A DNA stretch of 64,000 nt from the human T2T-CHM13v2.0 reference genome, Homo sapiens. The DNA lies in NCBI RefSeq assembly GCF_009914755.1, contig NC_060926.1, one strand, 5' to 3'. Both the position numbers and the translations under genes were made by a program. The notes beneath the pieces are model-generated. The model did no database searches and was not told where the DNA came from. It worked only from the letters and a program-made list of their open reading frames with translations. Of the stretch, positions 25,801-41,215 are shown piece after piece. The stretch's first letter is position 1, and every line of letters begins with the position of its first letter.

Positions 25801-28800
25801 TGTGAGATGAACGCACACATCACCAAGAAGTTTCTCAGAATTCTTCTATCTAGTTTTTATGTGAAGATATTTCCTTTTCCACTATAGGCCTAAAAGCGCT
25901 CCAAATGTCCACTTGCAGATTCTACAAAAAGAGAGTTTCAAAACTGCTCAATCAAAAAAAAGTTTTAACTCTGTGAGATGAATGCACACATCACAAAGAA
26001 GTTTCTCAGTATTCTTTCTAGGTTTTATGTGAAGATATTTCCATTTCCACATTGGCCTCAAACCACTCCAAATGTACACTTCCAGATTCTACAAAACAGA
26101 GTTTCAAAAATGCTCAATCAAAAGCAATATTTAACACTGTGAGAAGAATGCACATATCACAAAGAATTTTCTCATATTGCTTCTGTCGACATTTTATGTG
26201 AAGGTATTTCCTTTTCTACCATAGGCCGCAAAGTGCTCTAAATCTCTACTTGCAGATTCTACAAAAAGAGTGTTTCCAAACTACTCAATCAAAATAAAGT
26301 TTCAACTCTGTGAGATGAACACACACATCACAAAGAAGTTTGTCAGAAATCTTCTGTCTAGTTTTTATGTGAAGATATTTCCTTTTCCACCATAGACCTC
26401 AAAGCGCTCCAAATGTCCACTTGCAGATTCTACAAAAAGAGAGTTTCAAAACTGCTCAATCAAATGAAGTTTTAACTCTGTGAGTTGAATGCACACATTA
26501 CAAAGAAGTTTCTCAGATTGCTACTGTCTAGATTTTATATGAAGATATTTCGTTTTCTTCCGTAGGCCAAAAAGCACTCCGAATGTCCACTTGCAGATTC
26601 TACAAAAAGACTGTTTCCAAGCTGCTCAATCAAAAGAAAGTTACAACTCTGTGAGATGAACGCACACATCACAAAGAAGTTTGTCAGAATTATTCTCTCT
26701 AGTTTTTATGTGAAGATAAATTCCTTTTCCACCGTAGGCCTCAAAGCGCTCCAAATGACAATTTGCAGATTCTACAAAAAGAGAGTTTCAACACTGCTCA
26801 ATCAAAAGAAAGGCTCAATTCTGTGAGATGAACGCACACATCACAAAGAAGTTTGTCTGAATTCTTCTGTCTAGTTTTTATGTGAAGATATTTCCTTTTC
26901 CACCGTAGGCCTGAAAGTACTCCAAATGTCCACTTGCAGATTCTACAAAAAGAGAGTTTCAATACTGCTCTATCAAAAGGAAGGTTTAACTCTGTGAGAT
27001 GAATGCACACATCACAAAGAAATTTCTCAGATTGCTTCTGTCTAGATTTAATGTGAAGATATTCCCTTTTCTACCATAGTCCACAAAGCGCTCCAAATGT
27101 CCACTTGCACATTCTACAAAAAGAGTGATTCCAAACTGCTCAATGAAAAGGAAGGTTCAACTCTGTGAGATGAATGCACACATCACAAAGAAGTTTCTCA
27201 GATTGCTTCTGTCTAGGTTTTATGTGAAGATATTTCCTTTTCTACCTTAGGCCCCAAAGCACTCCAAGTGTCCACTTGTAGATTTTACAAAAAGAGTGTT
27301 TCCAAACTGCTCAATCAAAAGGAAGTTTCAACTCTGTGAGATGAACGCACACGTCACAAAGAAGTTTCTCAGAATTCTTCTATCTAGTTTTTATGGGAAG
27401 ATATTTCCTTTTCCACCATAGGCCTAAAAGCGCTCCAAATTTTCACTTGCAGATTCTACAAAAAGAGAGCTTCAAAACTGCTCAATCAAAAAAAAAGTTT
27501 TAACTCTGTGAGATGAAAGCACACATCACAAAGAAGTTTCTCAGTATTCTTCAATCTGGTTTTTATGTGAAGATATTTTCTTTTCCACATTGTCCTCAAA
27601 CCGCTCCAAATGTACACTTCCAGATTCTACAAAAACAGAGTTTAAAAAATGCTCCGTCAAAAGAAATGTTTAAGTCTCTGAGATGAATGCACACATCACA
27701 AAGAATTTTCTCATATTGCTTCTGTCTAGATTTTATGTGCAGGTATTTCCTTTTCTACCACTGGCCGCAAAGCGCTCCAAATCTCCACTTGCAGATTCTG
27801 CAAAAGGAGTGCTTCCAAAATGCTCAATCAAAATGAAGGTTCAACTCAGTGAGATGAATGCACACATCACAAAGAAGTTTCTGAGAATTCTTCTGTCTAG
27901 TATTTATGTGAAGATATTTCCTTTTCCACTATAGGCCTAAAAGCGCTCCAAATGTCCACTTGCAGATTCTACAAAAAGAGAGTTTCAAAACTGCTCAACC
28001 AAACTAAAGTTTTAACTCTGTGAAATGAATGCACACATCACAAAGTAGTTTCTCAGATTGGCTCTGTCTGAATTTTATGTGAAGATATTTCTTTTTCTAT
28101 CATAGGCCACAAAGTGCTCCAAATGTCCACTTGCAGATTCTACAAAAAGGGTGTTTCCAAACAGCTCAATCAAAAGAAAGTTTCAACTCTGTGAGATGAA
28201 CGCACACATCACAAAGAAGTTTGTCAGAATTATTCTCTCTAGTTTTTATGTGAAGATAAATTCCTTTTCCACCGTAGGCTTCAAAGTGCTCCAAATGACC
28301 ATTTGCAGATTCTACAAAAAGAGGGTTTCAACACTGCTCAATCAAAAGAAAGGCTCAATTCTGCGAGATGAACGCACATATCACAAAGAACTTTCTCAGA
28401 ATTCTTCTGTCTTGTTTTTATGTGAAGATATTTCCTTTTAAACCATAGGCCTCAAGGCGCTCGAAATGTCCACTTGAAGATTCTACAAACAGAGTATTTC
28501 AAAACTGGTCCTTCAAAAGAAAGATTCAACTCTGGGTGATGAATGCGCACATCACAAAATCTTTCTCAGAATGCTTCTATGTAGTTTTTATGTGAAGATA
28601 TTTCCTTTTCCACCATAGGCCTCAAAGCGCTCCAAATGTCCACTTGCAGATTCTACAAAAAGACAGTTTCAAAACTGCTCAATCAAAAGAAATGTTTATC
28701 TCTGTGAGATGAATGCACACATCACAAAGTTGTTTCTCAGATTACTTCTGTCTAGATTTTATGTGAACATATTTCCTAGTCTACCATAGGCCGCAAAGTG

Positions 28801-31536
28801 CTCCAAATGTCCACTTGCAGAGTCTATAAAAAGAGGGTTTCCAAACTGCTCAATCAAAAGAAAGTTTCAACTCTGTGAGATGAACGTGCCCATCACAAAG
28901 TTTTTCAGAATTCTTCTGTCTACTTTTTATGGGAAGATATTTCCTTTTTCACCGTAAGCCTCAAAGCACTCGAAATGTCCACTTGCAGAGTCTACGAAAA
29001 GAGAGGTTCAAAACTGCTCAATCAAAAGAATGGCTTAACTCTGTGAGATGAATGCACATATCACAAAGAAGTTTCTCAGATTGCTTCTGTCTAGATATTA
29101 TGTGAAGATAATTCCTTTTCTACCATAGGCCGCAAAGCGCTCCAAATGTCCACTTGCAGATTCTAAAAAAGAGTGTTTCCAAACTACTCAATCAACAGAA
29201 ATGTTCAAGTCTGTGACATGAATGCACACATCACAAAGAAGTTTCTCAGAAATCTTCTGTCTATTTTTATGTGGAGATATTTTCTTTTCCACCAAAGGCC
29301 TCAAAGTGCTCCAATTGTCCACTTGTAGATTCTACAAAAAGAGAGTTTCAAAATTCCTCAATCAAAAGAAAGGTTTAACTCTGTGAGATGAAAGCACACA
29401 TCACAAAGAAGTTTCTCAGATTGCTTCTGTGTAGGTTTTATGTGAAGATATTTCCTTTTCTACCATAGGCCGCAAAGCGCTCCAAATGTCCACTTGCAGA
29501 TTCTACAAAAAGAGAGTTTCCAAACTGCTCAATCAAAAGAAAGTTTCACCTCTGTGAGATGAACGCACACATCACCAAGAAGTTTCTCAGAATTCTTCTA
29601 TCTAGTTTTTATGTGAAGATATTTCTTTTTCCACCAAAGGCCCAAAAGGGCTCCAAATGTCCACTTGCAGATTCTACAAAAAGAGAGTTTCAAAACTGCT
29701 CAATCAAAAAAAATTTTAACTCTGTGAGATGAATGCACACATCACAAAGAAGTTTCTCAGATTGCTTTTGTCTAGATTTTATGTGAAGATATTTCCTTTT
29801 CTACCATAAGCCTCAAAGCGCTCCAAATGTCCACTTGCAGATTCTACAAAAAGAGTGTTTAAACCTGCTCAATCAAAAGAAATGTTCAACCCGGTGAGAT
29901 AAATGCACACAACACAAAGGATTTTCTATGAATGATTCTGTCTAGTTTTTATGTGGACATATTTCCTTTTAAACCATAGGCCTCAAAGCGCTTCAAATGT
30001 ACACTTGCAGATTCCACAAAAAGAGTTTTTCAAAACTGCTCAATGAAAAGAAAGGTTTTAATCTGTGTGAAGAATGTACACATAACAAAGAATTTTGTCA
30101 GAATATTTCTGTAGAGTTTTTATATTAAGGTATTTGCTTTTCCACCATAGGCCTCGAAGAGCTCCAAATGTCCACATGCAGATTCTACAAAAAGAGTGTT
30201 TCAAAACTGCTCATTCAAAAGAAAGGTTCAACTCTGTGACATGAATGCACAAGTCACAAAGAAGTTTGTCAGAATGCTTCTGTCTAGTTTTTATGTGAAG
30301 ATATTTCCTTTTCCACCATGGGCCACAAAGTGCACCAAATGTCCAAATTCAGATTCTACAAATAGAGTCTTTCAAAACTGCTCAATCAAAAGAAAGGTTC
30401 AACTCTGTGAGATGAATCCACACATCTCAATGAAGTTTTTCAGAATGTTTCTGTATAGTTCTTGTGTGAAGATATTTCTTTTTCCACCATTGCCTCAAAG
30501 CGCCAAAAATGTCCACTTGCAGATACTACAGAAAGAGTGTTTCAAAGTTGCTCTTGTCCGATTGCTTCTGTCTAGATTTTATGTGAACATATTTCCTTTT
30601 CTACCATAGGCCACTAAGTGCTCCAATTGTCCACCTGAAGATTCTTCAAAAAGTGTGTTTCCAAACTGCTCAATCAAAAGAAAGGTTCAACTCTGTAATG
30701 TGAAGGCACACATCTCAAAGTAGTTTCTCAGAATTCTTCTGTCTAGTTTTTATGTGAAGATATTACATTTTCCACCATTGCCTCAAAGCGCCAAAAATGT
30801 CCACTTGCAGATACTACAGAAAGAGTGTTTCAAAGTGGCTCAATCAAAAGAAAGTTTCAACTCTATGAGATGAATGCACACATCACATAGAAGTTTCTCA
30901 GAATGCTTCTGTCTAGTTATTATGTGAAGATATTTCGTTTTCCACCATAGGCATCAAAGCGCTCCAAATGTCCACTTACAGATTCTACAAAAGGAGTGTT
31001 TCATAACTGCTCAATCGAAATTAAGGTTCCACTCTGCGAGATGAATGCACACATCACAAAAACTTTGTCAGATTGCTTCTGTCTAGTTTTGTGTGAAGAT
31101 ATTTCCTTTTCCACCACAGGCCTTAAAGCTCTCCAAATGTCCACTTGCTGATTCTACAAAAAGAATGTTTCAAAACTGCTCTATCGAAAGTTAAGTTCAA
31201 CTCCATGAGATAAATGGCAACTCCGTGAGATAAATGACAAATAAGCTTGTCAGAATGCTTCTGCCTAGTTTTAATGTGAAGATATTTCCTTTTCCACCAT
31301 AGGCCGTAAAGCGCTCCAAATGTCCACTTGCAGATTCTACAAAATGAGAGTTCTCAAAACTGCTCAATTAAAATCAAGTTTCAGCTCTGTGAGAGGAATG
31401 CGCACATCACAAAGCAGTTTCACAGAATGCTTCCATCTAGTTCTTAAATGAAGATAATTCCTTTTCCACCATAGGCCAAAAAGCGCTCCAAATGTCCACT
31501 TGCAGATATTACAAAAAGAGTTTTTCAAAACTGCTC
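19870..31536 (-). repeat. Alpha-satellite sub-block, A-type only (SF4/older-layer-like), no CENP-B boxes
   Basis: Same diagnostics as 2150-8880; no tcccg..ccaacgaa motif seen. Confidence 0.7.
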
Positions 31537-31538
31537 GA

Positions 31539-33178
<1,640 letters not shown>

Positions 33179-33244
33179 TCAATATATATCATAACAGCTC
33201 TGTAAATGTTTCTCTGAGTTCTGTGAGCCATCCTAGGAACTTAA

Positions 33245-33899
<655 letters not shown>

Positions 33900-34799
33900 G
33901 TGGATGTAGTTTTTAGCCAGGCAGTCAGAAGTATGTGTCGCCTGGACTTGGAATTAGTGCCTGAAGTGGGGCTGGTCTCATGGGATCGAGCCGTCAATCT
34001 GTGGGATTGGACACTATCTGCAGGTAGACAGTGTCAGGATTGAATTGAATAAGAGGACACCCAGTTGGTCTCTGTGAGAAATGTTTGGTGTGTAAGGAAA
34101 AGCCCCCACACAGCCAGCCACAGAAGTGTGCTATTGTTGAGTGTGAAAGTACAAGGGAAAAACAGTTTGCTTTTTTGCTTTACAGTGGGATATTTGATCC
34201 ATAGGTCTATATCTAAGCACATGAATAGAATGTGTTTGGGCCTGGTTTTTTAGTCTTGCTGGTCAGTAACTAGTTTGACAAGAGAGACTAGCACACTGAT
34301 CCCAAAAGAACTAGGCCAAGAGCAGATAGGATTTGTGGCAACTTGAACCTCTTATTAGCTCCTTAAAAGACGTACTTTTCTAGACTTCTTTGGAGCCTGG
34401 GATTCTAGTACTGGTGAGTTTCCACCGGCAGCAGACTCCCTGAAGATTCGCTAGCTCTCTGCAGGGTTGGCAGGCCACTACCACATTTAGTTGGCTCCTA
34501 GGGTATGTTCTACACCAGACTTCCCATTGTAGGAAGGCCAAGAGAACTGAAGACACAGTCTCTACTCTGGAGGTGGGGAAGTGGGGGAGGTGGTAATTTA
34601 ATTAACAGTAGATGGTGGGTGAGGCGACTTGGTAAGGTAAGAGGACACACAAAGGAAGTAACTGCAGTAAACCTTAGCTGGCGGCACAAGTGAGGAGGTG
34701 TGCTTGAAAGAGAAATGAAGTGTCTGGAGGTGGGTGAGTATATTCTGGTAGGTGTGACAAAGGCACTGTTCCTCCAACACCAGTCCTGGGAAAGGCATA

Positions 34800-35176
34800 T
34801 GATATGGTTTGGCACTGTGTCCCCAGCCAAATCTCATAATGAATTATGAGCTTCAGTGTTGGAGGAGGGGCCTGGTGGGAGGTGACTGGATCATGGGGGT
34901 GAATTTCCCCCTTGTTGTTCTCGTGCTAGTGAGTTCTCATGAGATCTGGTTGTTTAAAAGTGTGTGGCACTGCCCCTTCACTCTATCTCTTTCCTGCCGC
35001 CATGTGAATATGTACTTGCTTCCCCTTTGCCTTCCACCATGATTGTAAGTTTCCTGAGGCCTCCCCAGCCATGCCTCCTGTATAGCCTGCAAAACTGAGT
35101 CAATTAAACCTTGTTTCTTTATAAACTATCCACTCTCAAGTAGTTCTTTACAGCAGTGTGAGAACAGACTAATACA
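34800..35176 (+). mobile_element. MaLR solo LTR (MSTA-like)
   Basis: Starts tgatatggtttgg, ends gactaataca; contains ccatgattgtaagtttcctgaggcctcccc and attaaacc; flanked by gcata/gcatg (5-bp TSD). Confidence 0.9.
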
Positions 35177-35701
35177 GCATGGGATCCCAAGTAACTATGC
35201 ATTCAGAGAAGAAACACAGGTATGTTTGGGAACTGGATGATGGAAGGTACGGGGAAGCACAGTAGGTAACTTTCATGGGTCCTACACTCTACAACATATT
35301 CTTGGGGTTGGAATGAGTCAAACAGGAGACTGATGTCCAGGATGGATTTGGCTGTTTATGTTCCCAGGTGTAGGTCTCTTCCTTAACAGATCACGGTACC
35401 TTCATTACAAATGGCCTGGGAAGCGTACTTAATGCAGAAACCCCAGCAAATTCTTACAGGGGTTAGTCATGCAGTTATACATTTTCATTCTGGGATTTCT
35501 AGGGGCTTAATAAAATTCCTTCATTGGATCATTTAATCCAAAATAAATTATTTCCCTACACCTACTTTATACTTGCTCCCTGATTTCATACCAGTGAGTA
35601 TAACCTGATGTAACTAAACATTCTGAATTTTTGATGATACCCAGAGAAGAGTGTGATAACCAATTCTCTCAAAAGCGATTTACTGCAAATATTTTCATTT
35701 A

Positions 35702-35902
35702 CAGTAAGTCCTTACTTAACATTGTGGATATGTTCTTGGAAACAGTGACTTTAAGCCAAACGAGGTACTGTGTGGCTTCATAACTCAACTCTTTTTCCTA
35801 TCAATTAGACTATGGGAAAACTGGTTTCGTATGCATTATGTCCTTTTGCTTAAAGTGGTAGTTTCCAAGAACCTATCAATGACATTAAGTGAGGACTTAT
35901 TG
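35702..35902. mobile_element. TcMar-Tigger-type MITE (MER82-like)
   Basis: ~40-bp imperfect terminal inverted repeats cagtaagtccttacttaac...ttcttggaaac / gtttccaagaac...ttaagtgaggacttattg, with TA on both sides. Confidence 0.75.
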
Positions 35903-35992
35903 TAATCTGATATCTGCGGGTGGATAATTTAAGGAACACGTACATAGTTAAACCTGTAAACTGCTGCAAGTTCCAGATATTATCAGTTCTAT

Positions 35993-36198
35993 TTCTCCAT
36001 AATTACAATTCCAGTTTTGGGGTTTCTTTTTGCTCATTAAATTTGAAAAGCCAATTCCAGTTTTAAAGCTTGACCCTTTTCTTATAACTTTTTTTATAAC
36101 TGATAATATATCAGTTATATCAGTTATATTTCTTAGGCTTCATGAAACCCTCAAACTGACTCTGAGGGTGGCCTTGCTATCTAACTTACAAAACCGGT
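35993..36198 (+). repeat. ~200-bp dispersed direct repeat, copy 1
   Basis: aattacaattccagttttggggtttcttttt..ctcattaaatttgaaaagccaattccagttttaaagcttgaccctttt...aaaccctcaaactgactctgagggtggcc recurs at 38946-39121. Confidence 0.9.
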
Positions 36199-38327
36199 TA
36201 TCTTGGTTTGCGTTCATTTTATTTCCCTTGCATACATTGCTTAGCTGCTTCTGATTATATGCCTCTTAGCCACGGCTGCATATAAAAGTGTAATAAGAGA
36301 AAAGTGTAACTAAGAGACACAGAAGAAAGAGAAATTCCATGAGAACCAGATACTTTTATGGATGCCTTTTGGAAGCTCTAGATTGAGATGTATCTTTGTT
36401 GTCAATTTATGCTATGAATCCAAACGAAAAACGGGGGGGAAAAAACAAGTAGGCTGTAGATGAAAGTGGAAGAAGAAAAATGAGTCTATATATATATTAC
36501 CAGTTTTATGAAAGTATATGAGTCAATATTCCATCAATACCTAGAAAAGTAATAGATCAATATGCTGATTTTAGGGGTGGACACAAAGGTGTTATAAGCG
36601 TCTTTTATCTTTTCTTTTTTCCCTCCTTGACTCTGAAGAGAAACACCATTTTTCTACGTATGCAAAGAGTAAAAATTCAGAACTAACACACAGGGATTAA
36701 TAGCAGTGAATTGCAAACTCAACTCAGTGGTATAGTACCTGGCAACATTATTACTCAGCATATTTCCCTGGCTGAGGCTGATTTCATTTAAAGTAGTTTT
36801 ATACTTGTGCTAAAAATGTGTACATCACATTAAGGGAGAAAAGATCCTCTACACAAATGGATTGTACCTACATAACCTTATGTACCAGAGAGGAAAACAT
36901 CATTCTCATGAGTCACAAAGCTTTCTTCTTCTTGTCAATATGATAAACAGTTTCCGGAAATTGAGAATGACGCTGGTTACTTTCCTTCCTCCTGAACATG
37001 CCACACTGAAGAGACAGGGATGACTCCTTCCCTATGGGACAGACACACATGTAGCTTTCCTTGGGTTGTGGAGGAAGGCATGGCCACAACACCATCGGCA
37101 GCCTGCTGCAGGGACCTCACGATGAGAGGAAGTAATGGATGCCTGGGCCAGGGAAATGCATATCTGGGAGAAAGCAGGAAATTCTGATGTAGAGATAGGG
37201 AAGAACCCTGGGGAAAAGTACCCAAGCTGGGCGGGGAGGAGGAAACCACCAGGATCCCAGGATCAGAGATAAAGGACACAGGGACACAAACAAAGTGAGG
37301 CCAGATGGAGAGGGCAGTCTCACGGGGAGAGCAAGCTCACAGGGAGAGCATGAGCCAAACCTGGCTTATTTCACACTCATCAGAGAGACTGCACAGATGG
37401 GGCCAAACCAGGGCCCAGGAGCATCAGAGAGAGGAGGGCCATTTCAAACACTTTTGTAAAATAAGCTCAAAGCTTCTTTGTTTATTTGTGGGTGTGGGAG
37501 TGGAAACGTAGGGAAAGTGAAGAGAGTGGGGAAAAAGGGATGGGTGATTTTGTAGGCAAGATGCTCCCTGAGGAGGTCCTGGTGGACCTGCTGTGGGGAG
37601 TGGCATTCTGCACACTCTCATATCATGGGGAGCGCATGACTACATTACTGCTTACACATCTCCAAGTGCAGCTTGGGGGGTGAATGTTTAATTGTCTCAC
37701 TGTAACTGTCTAAATCTCTGGAAAATCTGAAGGGTCATGCATTTGATTTAAACCTATGAGGTCTGAATGAATTCTCCTCCATGCCTAACCGAGTGAAGCA
37801 AGTATATAACCAACCATGCATCCCTAAGCAGGGCCGGTATGAAGGGGAGGAAACGCCTCCCCACTGAGCTCACAAAGAACTTCATCACTGACCTGAATCA
37901 GATCCAGCAGGAAATGAAACACTGAGTACATAATTTTACAGTAGGGGGAGGGGGACGGAAAACAAAGTGAGCTGAACTGAAACGTGAGAAAGAACAGAAT
38001 GGCAGTGAGTCCACGGGGCAGGGCCGCAGCTTTCTTTTTTCATGGCCCTCAGTCCAGTAACCCCACCCGGCATTCGTAGCGGGTGACATCACTGATGCCC
38101 CAAACATGCTCCAGCAATTTCCTGCTTTCCAGAGTCCAGCCGAGCAATGATGTCAGTGGTGCACCTGGGTAAAGATATGGCAGGGCCGGGTCACAGGGAG
38201 TGGGGACAAAGGCCAACCCAGTTAAATAAACTGCTGGTCTTCTAGGGCCTGGTCCCTAGGCAGGCTTCCACCATGAGATAGGTATAGCCCAGGCCAATCC
38301 CAACAAGAGGAAAAAAAGCATGTACTT

Positions 38328-38826
<499 letters not shown>

Positions 38827-38945
38827 CTACAGTGCCAGGAGCCACCCTGCCCCCAGAGATGCCCTACAATCAATGACTACCATCTAAATGCTTCTGGATA
38901 GTTTCATTCCTTGTAGGTGATATTCCAAATATTATAATTTGTACT

Positions 38946-39121
38946 TCTCCACAATTACAATTCCAGTTTTGGGGTTTCTTTTTACTCATTAAATTTGAAA
39001 AGCCAATTCCAGTTTTAAAGCTTGACCCTTTTCTTAAAAGTTTAACTTCTCTTTTTATTCAGGCTTCCCACTAAACCCTCAAACTGACTCTGAGGGTGGC
39101 CTGGCTAATTTACAAAACCGG
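38946..39121 (+). repeat. ~200-bp dispersed direct repeat, copy 2
   Basis: Matches 35993-36198 except for the central segment. Confidence 0.9.
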
Positions 39122-39400
39122 CCAGGCTGCTTAACCCCTAGATTCCAGCCCAGAGTGTTGCCATAAATTGCTGTCAAGACATGCCTCTATGTCCCATGTT
39201 TGCCAGTGAGAAAAGGGTTCATATTCTAAGTTCTTCAAGTCTCTCTCACTGCCTCAATTTTGAAGTCAATGGAAAACAGTCAAATACACCAAAAATTAAC
39301 TTCAAATGGATATCTGCTATGAATTCCAACTTGGTTGGACACCTCTCCAGGCCAACTGTTGTGAAAATGCGTTGTTGTTTTAAAAAACACTGTGAGAGAT

Positions 39401-39662
39401 GGCTGGGCGTGGTGGCTTACTTGAGTTCAGGAGTTTGAGAACAGCCCGGCCAATATGGTGAGACCCCAGTCTCTATGAAAAATATAAAAAATGAGCCAGA
39501 TGTGGTGGCATGCACTTGTAGTCCACGCTACTTGGGAGGCTGAGGCAGGAGTATCACTTGAACCTGGAAGGCGGAGGTTGCATGAGCCGAGATCATGCTA
39601 CTGCACTCCAGCCTGGGTGACAGAGCAATACTCTGTCTCAAAAAAAAAAAAAAAAAAAAAAA
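39401..39662 (+). mobile_element. AluS with internal deletion in the left arm
   Basis: ggctgggcgtggtggctt joined directly to acttgagttcagg; poly(A) tail; flanks aaaacactgtgaga repeated on both sides. Confidence 0.9.
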
Positions 39663-40546
39663 GAGAGAGAGAGAGAAAACACTGTGAGAAGAAAGAAGTC
39701 AATCACCCCCTCTCCAATGCCCAACACAGTAAGCAAGAAGGGCCCAGGAACAAATTAACAGGGAAAAACAATCTTGCATTTGCTTAGTGGAATCTGGGGT
39801 TTGCACACATTAGTCAGAGCTAGACAAATCATACTGAATACACTTCTTATAGAAACATTCTAGCTCTGATGGCCTTTCCTTGCTGTCCCAACTTTTGAGG
39901 TGCGAAAACACAGCAACACAGCCAGGACCGGCCAGGTGATGGCACAGAGCCCGCTCCCACAGGCTGCGTCTGTGTTCTCACTCTCTTGCAACTGGCCTGA
40001 GTTAAGCCTTCTCCCCAAGCACTTGCAGTTTATCATTGCCCTATTTACTGTATTTTCATGTTATAAAAGTGATATACGCCCAACGTAGTAATTTGATCTA
40101 GTTTTTGTTTAATGGCTATTAAATGCTCAGAAGTGAATTAAGGTTGCAGTTAAATGCACAGTTTTTATATCAAACTATTTTCTTTGCTAATTCACTTCTA
40201 TCTGCGTCTACCAGCTGTAAACTACCTGAAGCAGAGAAAGCTTCTTTAGGTTGGGGCTTCCTGTAGCCCTGAGCTGAGTGCCTTATGCAGCATTGGCCGA
40301 GTGAATGAATTTGTTGGGTGAACTGCTTCGGGGTTTAGAGTCCGCAGAGGATAGGACAGGACAGATCGTGATCGAGGCTAACCTTCTCATCTACTCTACC
40401 ATTTCATGCTCTGTTTGGGCACCTCCATCACCCCTCACTTCCCCTGATGGTCCAGTCTCTCTGGGCCTGCACTGTCCAGCTGCCCTCTTATCCCTAAGCC
40501 AAGGCCTTTGCCAACTAAAGCTCAGGAGTAAAGTGGCCATCACTGA

Positions 40547-40879
<333 letters not shown>

Positions 40880-40919
40880 TGACTGAGGCCATTCTAAGGA
40901 ATATACAGCAAGCTCTTCA

Positions 40920-41215
40920 GTACCCATTTTTGTTAACTGAGGTATAACTAAATGATACACAGGCCCGGCACAGTGGCATGAACCTATAGTCACAGCAACT
41001 TGGGAAGCTGAGGTGGGAGGATTGCTTGAGATCAGGAGTTTGAGTCCAGCCTGGGCAACACACGTGTATAGGTCTATGAGTCTGGAAGAATGTATATAGC
41101 CATGGAATCACTACCATGTCAAAACATAGGGTATTTCCATTATCCCAACAAGTTCCCTCCTGCCCCTCTGCAGTCAAACACTTCCCTCCCCCAACTCCTG
41201 GCAACTGCTGATCTG
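40920..41215 (-). mobile_element. Old L1M 3'-end fragment interrupted by a FLAM monomer (~40962-41062, +)
   Basis: aactgaggtataact...; aaaacatagggtatttccattatccc..aagttccctc..gcccctctgcagtcaa..ctggcaactgctgatctg. Confidence 0.6.

Larger units (their letters stand above)
1..31536 (-). repeat. Alpha-satellite (ALR/Alpha) array, diverged/monomeric, ~171-bp units, one orientation
   Basis: Continuous tandem copies of ...aaaagagtgtttcaaaactgctc(t/a)atcaaaagaaaggttcaactctgtgag(t/a)tgaatgcacacatcacaaagaagtttct(g/c)agaatgcttctgtctag..., the reverse complement of the usual alphoid consensus. Period ~171 bp; neighbouring monomers clearly diverged. Confidence 0.99.

Noticed and set aside
1-31360. Dozens of similar 60-140 aa ORFs (KRKVQLCELNAHITKKFLRMLLSS...)
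   Set aside because: Translations of 171-bp alpha-satellite; 171 is divisible by 3, so frames recur. Not a protein family.
1-31536. CRISPR-like or active-centromere HOR interpretation of the array
   Set aside because: No repeat-spacer structure, and no homogeneous multi-copy higher-order unit; monomers are diverged.
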